24,368 nt of DNA, taken from IMG/VR virus record IMGVR_UViG_3300032219_000422, positions 1-24,368 of that record; one strand, given 5' to 3'. The stretch comes from a virus. Its lineage: Duplodnaviria; Caudoviricetes. The notes beneath the pieces are model-generated. The model saw only the letters and a program-made list of their open reading frames with translations, was not told the DNA's origin and ran no database searches. Made by a program: the position numbers and the translations under genes. Shown piece after piece: positions 1 to 7,823 of this stretch (the first letter of the stretch is position 1; each line of letters opens with the position of its first letter).

Positions 1-4
1 CTAC

Positions 5-181
5 TCATCGCTTCATCTTGCGGGGAGTGGTGCGAGTCATGGGTTTGGCTTGCATCTTCATCATTTGACGGTTGTAGTCCTCAGAAGCACGAACCTCATT
101 CTCACCACCTTGGCGAGCCATGCGGTCAATAGCCATCTGAGTGGATTTACCCATCTCTTGTTTGCCGTAGTTGTCTTTCAT
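5..181 (-). CDS. Small Met/Lys/Arg-rich hypothetical protein (58 aa, not in ORF track)
   Basis: Manual translation gives MKDNYGKQEMGKSTQMAIDRMARQGGENEVRASEDYNRQMMKMQAKPMTRTTPRKMKR*. Its ATG overlaps the upstream TGA (ATGA). Its own TGA overlaps another ATG at 6-8 that runs off the window. Confidence 0.75.
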   Translation of the reverse strand: MKDNYGKQEMGKSTQMAIDRMARQGGENEVRASEDYNRQMMKMQAKPMTRTTPRKMKR

Positions 182-321
182 GATTTTCTGTCCTTCCTTT
201 TGACTTTTCGTGCTGTCGTGAGTGCAATAGCAATCGCTTGCTTTTGCGGCTTACCTGCCTTCATTTCTCTACGAATGTTGGCAGAAATGGTTTTCTGACT
301 ACTACCTTGTTTGAGTGGCAT
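178..321 (-). CDS. Small basic phage protein (47 aa, not in ORF track)
   Basis: MPLKQGSSQKTISANIRREMKAGKPQKQAIAIALTTARKVKRKDRKS*. It starts 2 nt after the stop of 324..2627. The MPLK...KQAIAIAL pattern is a recurrent small phage protein type (recalled, not searched). Confidence 0.8.
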   Translation of the reverse strand: MPLKQGSSQKTISANIRREMKAGKPQKQAIAIALTTARKVKRKDRKS

Positions 322-323
322 GA

Positions 324-2627
324 TTACTTCCCTTCTCGTTTAAGTTCTTTCTCTGTTGCCAGACGTTGCAAATCCCTTGCAAGCTGAGTACGAGTGCCTA
401 ATGCGCTCCCAAGCATGTATTTGCCTCTGCCAACCAAAGACATTACACCTTCTCTTTCAGGCAATTCAACACCACGAAATCGAGAGCGCATACCCAACAA
501 CTTACCCTTGTATGCCAAATCATATAAAGGATGTGAACTTGTACCAGTACCAAAACCGTAGGTATTGTTTTCTAAGTACCTGCCTAACGCTTCTAAATCT
601 ATCTTTCCTTGCGGAGCAACCTTTGTTTTTCCTTCACCAAGAAGATAAGTAGCTGCGTATTTTCTGTTTGTGTCTCTTAACTTATCTAAAGCTGGTTTGT
701 CATATCTTCCAAGGCCTTCATCAATAGCCTTAACAAACTCACCTGCGGTAAATCTGTCGTTGCCATCAGAGGCAGACCTTGATATTTTTTGCATTTCGCT
801 ACGTAGTCTTTGCAACTCTTTGCCATCTATCTTGGCAACCAAATCTTTAACATTCAGCATTGGTTCACCAGAAGTAGATACGCCAGTCAATTCACGTTCT
901 GCGTAATCTAGCATGTCACCTTTCCAATTTGCTCTGTAAAAATCATCTACTTCCTTCTTTAAAGGAACATAACCAACTACACGTTGATAAACTTTTTTCC
1001 AGTTGTCAGCAACTTTTGCAAAAAACTTTTCTACCAAAGTGGTAGGAGTTTTGGTTGTTGTTATCCATCTTGAAGTTTGTTCAGCAAACCATTCAGAGAA
1101 GTTACGCAAATACCCTTGCTCAAATCCTCTTTCTGGGATTCCTCCTCTTGACGCAGGGCCATACTTCTCTGCCGTCAAAGGACGATGTTGTTCAACAGTC
1201 AACTTGCCAAGTGGAATATTTGCCATCTGGTTACGCCAAGCAGACATAACGGCAGACTGTTGCTCTTTAGGAGCATGAACAAGAAGTTGGAATTCTGCTT
1301 GATGACCAAACTCATGCAAAGCAGTAGCTACAGCACCATTCATATCAAGTTTGTCATTGATGACAATATGACCATCACCAGTAGCCATTCCATACAAACC
1401 CTCTCTGCGTGGTGAACTTACCCAAACAGTAGGTTTTGTAACCAAGCCAAGATTCTCTGATAGCTCGTTGATTGTTTTTTCAACAGATGGATACCAGTCA
1501 GGCAAATCAGTGCTTGTGGTTGTATTGCGGATAGTAGGCCAATCTTTTCTCAATCGAACAACTGGCTCTACACCACCCCTACCTTGTTGTTGAGTAATCC
1601 GCTGAATACGTCTTTGAAGTTGTTTTGCTTGAGTATCAATAACTACATCATTCCAACGATTAATGATGTTTGTCGCAACGTTTGAGACTGTGCGTTGACC
1701 AGCAGGGTTAACACGTTGTTCAAAATCAACCATTCTCTTTAACTGCTGTGCAAGGTCTGCGTCAATGGTAAAACTTCTGTTAAAAATAACATCGTAGTTA
1801 CCACCTAGCTCCTTCATGCGCTTGTTCAAATATTCAGGCGTTACATCAAGAGTTGGTGAACCAGTTTCTCTTGTAGCCAACATGGTTGCAAGGTCTTCAT
1901 TCCTCTTTTGATTGGCTTCCATAAAGCCTGGTGTTTGAATGGGCTTGTCTTTTTTCAGTTGTGCTGGTTCAAGTACAAATCCAAGTTTTTCAAATTGCTT
2001 GGCAGCATCAGCTACTTCTTGTTGACTTGTTCCTACAGTCATTCTTCCAACAGGCGGTACAACCTTACCAACCACTGGTTCTATAACTTTTTCAGATACT
2101 AATTTACCTGTTTTTTGTGCAACTTGTGATGGTTTAGATTCAATAGTAGCTTGTTTAATTGTTCTTGGCCCCGCAGCCAAAGAACCAGAAATTAAAGGAG
2201 CCGTACCAAGAACAGGTGGCAAAGAACTCAGAGGCTCTGCTAGTTTTGCAACATCTTGCAACAAACTTTCAGCACCACGGGTTTTAGGTCGGTAACCATA
2301 TTTTTGAATAAATGCTTCTGTAGGTTCTCTTTTACCGCCAGAAACAACTGCACCCACTGCACTAACAGGAATATTTACACCAAGAGCAATTAGTGCTTCT
2401 GGTGAAGTCAATGCTTTTTCTATAACTCCAGGTTTTTCTAACTCGTCTTGTGCGGCACGTATCTGTGCTTGTCTTTCGCTTTTCTTTAAGTTTTCTGCAG
2501 TTGGAACAGAAAAGTCAGAAGCATACGATGGCATTGGTTTAGATTCTGCAACAACAGTATCTTTTCCACCAAAGGTAGATGGTTTGTTTGTGTCTTCAAC
2601 AACAGTATCTTTTGTTCCAAAAGCCAT
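324..2627 (-). CDS. Large DNA-ejection/internal virion protein with a zincin-like metallopeptidase domain
   Basis: 767 aa, last large gene of the post-tail cluster. It has a duplicated N-terminal motif FG(T/G)KDTVV and hydrophobic segments at about aa 78-96 and 133-153. HEFGH is at aa 438-442, with YLRNFSEWFAE downstream. Confidence 0.65.
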   Translation of the reverse strand: MAFGTKDTVVEDTNKPSTFGGKDTVVAESKPMPSYASDFSVPTAENLKKSERQAQIRAAQDELEKPGVIEKALTSPEALIALGVNIPVSAVGAVVSGGKREPTEAFIQKYGYRPKTRGAESLLQDVAKLAEPLSSLPPVLGTAPLISGSLAAGPRTIKQATIESKPSQVAQKTGKLVSEKVIEPVVGKVVPPVGRMTVGTSQQEVADAAKQFEKLGFVLEPAQLKKDKPIQTPGFMEANQKRNEDLATMLATRETGSPTLDVTPEYLNKRMKELGGNYDVIFNRSFTIDADLAQQLKRMVDFEQRVNPAGQRTVSNVATNIINRWNDVVIDTQAKQLQRRIQRITQQQGRGGVEPVVRLRKDWPTIRNTTTSTDLPDWYPSVEKTINELSENLGLVTKPTVWVSSPRREGLYGMATGDGHIVINDKLDMNGAVATALHEFGHQAEFQLLVHAPKEQQSAVMSAWRNQMANIPLGKLTVEQHRPLTAEKYGPASRGGIPERGFEQGYLRNFSEWFAEQTSRWITTTKTPTTLVEKFFAKVADNWKKVYQRVVGYVPLKKEVDDFYRANWKGDMLDYAERELTGVSTSGEPMLNVKDLVAKIDGKELQRLRSEMQKISRSASDGNDRFTAGEFVKAIDEGLGRYDKPALDKLRDTNRKYAATYLLGEGKTKVAPQGKIDLEALGRYLENNTYGFGTGTSSHPLYDLAYKGKLLGMRSRFRGVELPEREGVMSLVGRGKYMLGSALGTRTQLARDLQRLATEKELKREGK

Positions 2628-2629
2628 AT

Positions 2630-4240
2630 CTACCCCTTGATTTTTGTTTTTCCATCAGTATCAATATACCTAGTGTTAGGTTTTAATTTATCGTACTCTT
2701 CTTGTGTTTTTGGACGAGGAAGATTGGTAGATGGTTGTACTTGTTGTACTGGTTGATTTTGTACTGCACTAGGCACAATAGAAGGCGTACCAATCAATGC
2801 CTCCATTTTTGCCTCTATAGGTCTTCCATTTCCTCTTAAAACAGATAGTACATCTGAAACGTTGAATGGAACAGCAGTATCAATTCTTTTCAACACATCA
2901 GTTGTAGCCACAAGTTGTTCAGGAGTGGCTCCAGGCATTTTTTCATGTACCTTAACACCAGTTTGAATTTCTTGTTTAACACGGGCAAGGTAAAGTGCAA
3001 GATTGATTGCAGCATCACCCGCTCTTGGCTTCAAAGAACTAAAGCTACGGATAGCAGCTTGTGTACCACCAGTAGCCAATCCTTGACCTTCAAGTCTAGC
3101 CAAAGCAGCATCTAAACTGTTTGTAATTTGTTCAAATGCACGTTCTTCTTTACTTGTAATCTCTCTAGCAACAAGGGATGTAAGACTTCTAAATGCGGTA
3201 TCTCTGTCAACACCAATCATTCCAGCAAAGACTGGTGATTGTGATGTTGCAGGTAAAGACAAAATATTCTCTAAGTCTGCTGCGGCATTTTCAATATTGC
3301 CATAAACACGGGATGCAAAAGTTAAAGCGTTTTGACCAGCTATTGTTTTGGCTTTACCACCGCCGACACCACCACCACCACCTACAGGCTTAACTTGTTT
3401 TTGAATTGTTTTACCTTCTGAGGTTTGTACAGGTGTAGCATTAGCATCTGCATCTACGGAATAGACAGTACCATCTTTGCCTGTTACAAGTTGTGGTCTT
3501 CCTGTTGACTTTGCTTGTTTGCTTGCAATATCAAACATTTGAAAATACATCTTGTCCGCTGCTTTTAAAAATTCATCTGCGTCTTTGGCAGCTTTTGCAT
3601 ATCCAAATTTTTCTACATTGTTTTTGTAAAAATCAGCACCTTCTTGAGCAGCAAGAATTGCTTGGTCAATCTTTGCAGCATCTCTGTCAAGAGCAGATAG
3701 TTCGGCATTACGTCTTGCACCTTCAGCAACAACTCTAGCTTTTTCACGCAAATTGCGAACACTCAAGTCAAATACTTCTTTTTCTTTTTTGTATATATCT
3801 GCTCTGCCTTTTTGGTAGCCCTCTAACATACCATTCATAGCTGACATTGCCGCCATAGCATCACCCTTGCCGCCAGCACCAATACCCCATCCAACAACAC
3901 CTATCAATCCATACAAAGCGGCCAAGCCTGTCGCAGTAGCCTCAGAAGGTATAAATGCTGCATCTTGCGTTTGTTGCTCTAAAGTTTCTAATGGCTTATA
4001 AGCTTCTTCTATAGCCATTTTTTGTTTGCTAATTGCCTCTTTTTCACCTTCTAAACTTCTTGTTTTTTGCGCTTGCTCAAACGCTAATTTTTCAACACCA
4101 AACTCTTGCTCTTGCTTTCTTGCTTGAGACGCAGATTCTTCGTATGGTTTCAACACGGATGACCGTTGGGCCATCATTTGTCCCAAATCAGGAGTTGGGT
4201 TAGAACCAACCATAGTTTTCACAGCAGCATCTATAGCCAT
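2630..4240 (-). CDS. Putative DNA-ejection/internal virion protein
   Basis: 536 aa, Ala/Gln/Glu-rich and helical. It has one hydrophobic Gly-rich segment (GLAALYGLIGVVGWGIGAGG), a poly-Gly linker and a C-terminal PKTQEEYDKLKPNTRYIDTDGK motif. It lies in the ejection cluster. Confidence 0.6.
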   Translation of the reverse strand: MAIDAAVKTMVGSNPTPDLGQMMAQRSSVLKPYEESASQARKQEQEFGVEKLAFEQAQKTRSLEGEKEAISKQKMAIEEAYKPLETLEQQTQDAAFIPSEATATGLAALYGLIGVVGWGIGAGGKGDAMAAMSAMNGMLEGYQKGRADIYKKEKEVFDLSVRNLREKARVVAEGARRNAELSALDRDAAKIDQAILAAQEGADFYKNNVEKFGYAKAAKDADEFLKAADKMYFQMFDIASKQAKSTGRPQLVTGKDGTVYSVDADANATPVQTSEGKTIQKQVKPVGGGGGVGGGKAKTIAGQNALTFASRVYGNIENAAADLENILSLPATSQSPVFAGMIGVDRDTAFRSLTSLVAREITSKEERAFEQITNSLDAALARLEGQGLATGGTQAAIRSFSSLKPRAGDAAINLALYLARVKQEIQTGVKVHEKMPGATPEQLVATTDVLKRIDTAVPFNVSDVLSVLRGNGRPIEAKMEALIGTPSIVPSAVQNQPVQQVQPSTNLPRPKTQEEYDKLKPNTRYIDTDGKTKIKG

Positions 4241-4242
4241 AA

Positions 4243-5256
4243 TTACCCCTGAGTTTGAGTTGGTTGACCAGCAATAACATAATTTGGTGGAGGCATGAGA
4301 GTTCTAACAATGTTGTTGTAGTAACTATTGGTCATTTGATTTACTGCTTGGTCAGCTTGCAAACCTGTCTTAATAGCACCAAGAGCAATTTGGTCACCAA
4401 TGCCTGAAAGTTTTAATCCGTAATCGTATTGCTGTTGCAGTAATTGACTGCGAATAGCTTCCACTCTTGCGGCACTTTGTTGTGCGCCTACGCCACCACG
4501 TGCAGAAGCAGCTTGTGCGGCCTGTGCTTGTGCGGTTTGTAATTGCTGTCTGGCAACAGGTGTGAGTTCACCAGCCTGTGCTTGACGTTGCAACTCTGAA
4601 CCTTTTGCTAGATAAGGTGCGGCAAGAGCTTCCATTTCTTTTCTGCCACGTTGACCTTGCTCTTTGGCTTTCTTTGCAGCTTGAGCACCAATAATTGCTT
4701 GAACGCCACCCAAACCAAGTCGTGCAAGCGTTTCCTCTTTCATCCCTGTAGCTTCTGACAAACGAGCCATAACTCCTTTTTCAGATTCAGGTCTAGCTGG
4801 TGCAGCTAAGTTTGTTAATTCTTTACTGGCAGTTACATCATAAGATGGTGTTGGTGGCAAGTTAATTTTTGGTACAAACTCAAATGTAGATGGCTGTTGA
4901 AACCCAAAAGTTCCTTCTTCCATATTCGGTTGTGTGTATACAGATGGTGTTAGTCCTACAGTATTGTCAAATGACAAACCACTAGAAGACATTTGCTGTG
5001 TTGGTGTTAAATAATCTGTAGAAACACTAGGTGCTGGCTCTGCTCTTACATCTCCATAATCATAAACTTCCTCTTGAAAAGACGGAATACCTGTCTCTGG
5101 GTCAGGCATACCGCTACCACCTCTGTCTTTCAACAGTTGAGCCTCTTCAGGAGTGATATACGCAAGCATGTGGTTTTCAGGTGCTTTTGCTTGCAGCAAA
5201 CGAGCAATCTGGCGCACATCTGCACCTATACGGGTCATGTTTTTAAGTGTTGCCAT
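4243..5256 (-). CDS. Putative DNA-ejection/pilot protein
   Basis: 337 aa. The N-terminal LAYITPEEAQLLKDRGGSG..PETGIPSF motif is one I recall from phage internal proteins. It also has a central LGLGGVQAIIGAQAA segment and a Gln/Ala coiled-coil C-terminal half. Confidence 0.6.
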   Translation of the reverse strand: MATLKNMTRIGADVRQIARLLQAKAPENHMLAYITPEEAQLLKDRGGSGMPDPETGIPSFQEEVYDYGDVRAEPAPSVSTDYLTPTQQMSSSGLSFDNTVGLTPSVYTQPNMEEGTFGFQQPSTFEFVPKINLPPTPSYDVTASKELTNLAAPARPESEKGVMARLSEATGMKEETLARLGLGGVQAIIGAQAAKKAKEQGQRGRKEMEALAAPYLAKGSELQRQAQAGELTPVARQQLQTAQAQAAQAASARGGVGAQQSAARVEAIRSQLLQQQYDYGLKLSGIGDQIALGAIKTGLQADQAVNQMTNSYYNNIVRTLMPPPNYVIAGQPTQTQG

Positions 5257-6858
5257 TTATAGTCCTAACGCATCTTTAAGACGCAAAGATTCTTCATTCC
5301 ACACAGTTTGACGCTTTTTACCAGATTCTTTACTTTCTATCTCGCCCCTACCTCCTAATCATACAGAAGTGCCTGTGGTTGTAGTTGCAGTTGCAGTAGG
5401 GGAAAGTGCAGTTCCCAGTGTTTGCGGAAGAGTAGTTGGTCTTGTACCGCCATATACAAACAGATTGGGATTGTAGGGTTTACCCTTTTCTTCTACAGGA
5501 GGCTTTTCTTCAACAGGTGTTTCTGCAATAAGCTCTTTTTCTTTTTCGCCTTTGACAGTTACCTCTGGCAAAGTGTCTGGGGTAACAATAGATGTTTCTG
5601 TAATATCTGGTATTTCTTCAGATGCAGTAACTTTTACTTCTTTAAGAGAAGGAACATTTACTTCTTTAAGAGAAGGAACATTTACAGGTGGTCGAATAGC
5701 TCCCATAACTTCTCTGTCAGTTATAGGGCCTGTAGGAGTAATGATAGATGTATCTGTAATACCTGGTTCTGGTCTACCTGTTACAACAACAGGAGAAAGT
5801 GAACCAGAATCAGACATAATTCCTGTATCAGCAGCAGCTAATTTTGTACCTTTTTGAGCTTCTAGCTTGGCTCGTTCAGCTTCTTTCTGACCAACATATT
5901 CTCCAGCAAGGCCAACCAAAGCACCTTCAGTACCACCAGTTACAGCACCGCCAACAGTAGCACCAACAAGGCGACCTGCTGATAAATTGCCTTCTGTTCC
6001 TATTTCGATAGCAGATGCAGTAGCAGAACCTGCAATAGCACCTATTATGTTTCTTTCTATATCTGCCGCACTACCACCAGCAGCGGCTGTCTTCAAAGCA
6101 GAAGCACCCGCAGAAGTAATAGCATCAGATATTTGTGGAATCTTTACTAGCTTGTTAATCTCTGTCGCAACAGATGGTGCACCCGTTTGAATAATAGCGT
6201 TAACAGAAGCGTTTTTGAGAGCATCTTCAAAACTAGCACCTTGTGCCATTTGTATAGCAGTAGATGCCATCGCAGTGCCTATAGCTGTTGCTGTTGCTGT
6301 ACTTGCAACTAAACCTGCTGCTGTGAGTTGTGCACCAATAGCACTTCCCATACCTGGCAAAGCAAAAGACAGAGCAATAGGAACTGCAACTTTGGTGAAT
6401 AGTTGAGTTAACTTATCGTCTTGTACATAAGAACTAAACTGTTTTTGTCCTGCATCTATAGAAGATTGAATAGAAGAAATTGGAACTCCGCTTAATGCGG
6501 CTGACCTAATAAAAGACTCAAGTTCCAACTTTCTTGCATTTTGACTAGTACCAGGTCTGTCTGCTGCACTAGCGTCAACACCGTACATCAATCTCACATA
6601 CTCATACGTTTTGTTTTTAATAGCATTATTTTGAAACGCATTTTTATCTTGTATGTACGAGTCTACAAAAGACAATGTGTTTTTTGTTTTTCCAGAATAG
6701 TCTACATCTCGACCTTGATTTAAAGCCAAATCTACAAAATTGCCTGGAAGTGTTACACCTTTAGATGATGCGTAGGCATTAGCTTCTTGTTTCCAAGTGG
6801 CAAGCCTAGCTTGTTGTTTGGCATTTGCTCTTGCTATGTCTTTACTGCTATATGCCAT
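5257..6858 (-). CDS. Membrane-inserting ejection-like protein: 499 aa to TGA at 5359-5361, or 533 aa if that TGA is read through or is an error
   Basis: It has long Ala/Gly/Thr hydrophobic and glycine-zipper segments, followed by an acidic Pro/Thr-rich tail. The frame stays open for 33 codons past the TGA, to a TAA that directly abuts the next ATG. Confidence 0.65.
5633..5685. repeat. Perfect 24-bp tandem repeat (2.2 copies), in frame
   Basis: tttacttctttaagagaaggaaca occurs at 5633-5656 and 5657-5680, followed by tttac. It encodes VNVPSLKE-VNVPSLKE-V. Confidence 0.95.
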
Positions 6859-6859
6859 G

Positions 6860-7198
6860 TCACACTCCTAAAGCTGTTGCTATCTGTTGATGAATGGTCT
6901 GGTGAACACCAATCCAATCATAGAAATCTTCTTCTACATTCCAGTCACTGTCGAGCAACTGGAACGGATTATCCAACCCTAAGATGCTTGCCAACCGCTG
7001 ATGCTCTTGGTTATGCACAAATAACCAATCATCCAAGTTATCGTAGTCAGCATCTGTCAACGGATACTTCTGCACAACAATACCGTTATCCCCTAAGATT
7101 TCGTAGAACAACTGATGCTGTACACCGTTTTCAAACAAAAACTCTCCCAGCCCGTCTTTATCACCGAACTTTACGTAAGAGAGAGTTTCCATATTCAT
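6860..7198 (-). CDS. Acidic hypothetical protein with two DWxxVHxxxH motifs (possible metal binding)
   Basis: 112 aa, containing DWLFVHNQEH and DWIGVHQTIH. It abuts both neighbouring genes. Confidence 0.75.
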   Translation of the reverse strand: MNMETLSYVKFGDKDGLGEFLFENGVQHQLFYEILGDNGIVVQKYPLTDADYDNLDDWLFVHNQEHQRLASILGLDNPFQLLDSDWNVEEDFYDWIGVHQTIHQQIATALGV

Positions 7199-7396
7199 TT
7201 ACAGCCCCAAGACTTTTTTGACCAACTCGCCAACAAAACCAGGGCCAAGCAACACAGCACCAATGACAACGTAGAGCAAGTACTCAATACGTGTCATGCG
7301 CTTATCGCCGTCCACAAATGACTTCTCTATGGCGGCGTAGCGTTGGGCGCAGACTGCCTCATGCACTGCAAAGTCGATTTCAAGTTCTTCACTCAT
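7199..7396 (-). CDS. Small membrane protein (XhlA/holin-like architecture)
   Basis: 65 aa, with an HEAVCAQRY coiled N-terminus and a single C-terminal transmembrane segment YLLYVVIGAVLLGPGFVG. The function is inferred from architecture only. Confidence 0.6.
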   Translation of the reverse strand: MSEELEIDFAVHEAVCAQRYAAIEKSFVDGDKRMTRIEYLLYVVIGAVLLGPGFVGELVKKVLGL

Positions 7397-7820
7397 TTAG
7401 AGGCCATCCTTGTGTAGTTACAACAGTAATTAACGCAGGTACGTCAGCAGAGTCAGCAATACCTGTTACAAGCCTTGTGCATTCAGTTATCACACCCTGA
7501 CGATAGGTTGTGGTGTCAACAGGTACATCCACGTTACGCTCAACCTTGCGGATAACCATCCAATCAGTTTGAGACAACAGCTTGTTAGCAGTGTCTTTGA
7601 CTTGTTCTGTCCACCATGTCTTGAGTCCATCCAAGTCTTTAGGATTGTCTACGCCCCAATAGAAGCGGTCATCGTAAGGCTCTGGGTCTGCCACCTCTGT
7701 GATGCCAATAGCATTCTTTTCCTCAATAGAAGTCAGACGCAACCAGTTCTGTGGATAGGTTGTGCCGTTGACCTCAAATTGAGTGTCGATGGGGAGTGGA
7801 TTGCCGTTGAGTAAAAACAT
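7389..7820 (-). CDS. Phage tail fibre assembly chaperone-like protein
   Basis: 143 aa, with YPQNWL at the N-terminus and LLSQTDW...YRQ...WP at the C-terminus, as in tail assembly chaperone-like proteins. It follows the lectin-like gene. Confidence 0.7.
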   Translation of the reverse strand: MFLLNGNPLPIDTQFEVNGTTYPQNWLRLTSIEEKNAIGITEVADPEPYDDRFYWGVDNPKDLDGLKTWWTEQVKDTANKLLSQTDWMVIRKVERNVDVPVDTTTYRQGVITECTRLVTGIADSADVPALITVVTTQGWPLNE

Positions 7821-7823
7821 GGG

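Noticed and set aside
5359-5361. Genome-wide TGA recoding
   Set aside because: TGA acts as a normal stop at many coupled junctions (e.g. 6860, 14217, 17664, 19307, 20986, 22737). Only one gene shows an internal TGA.
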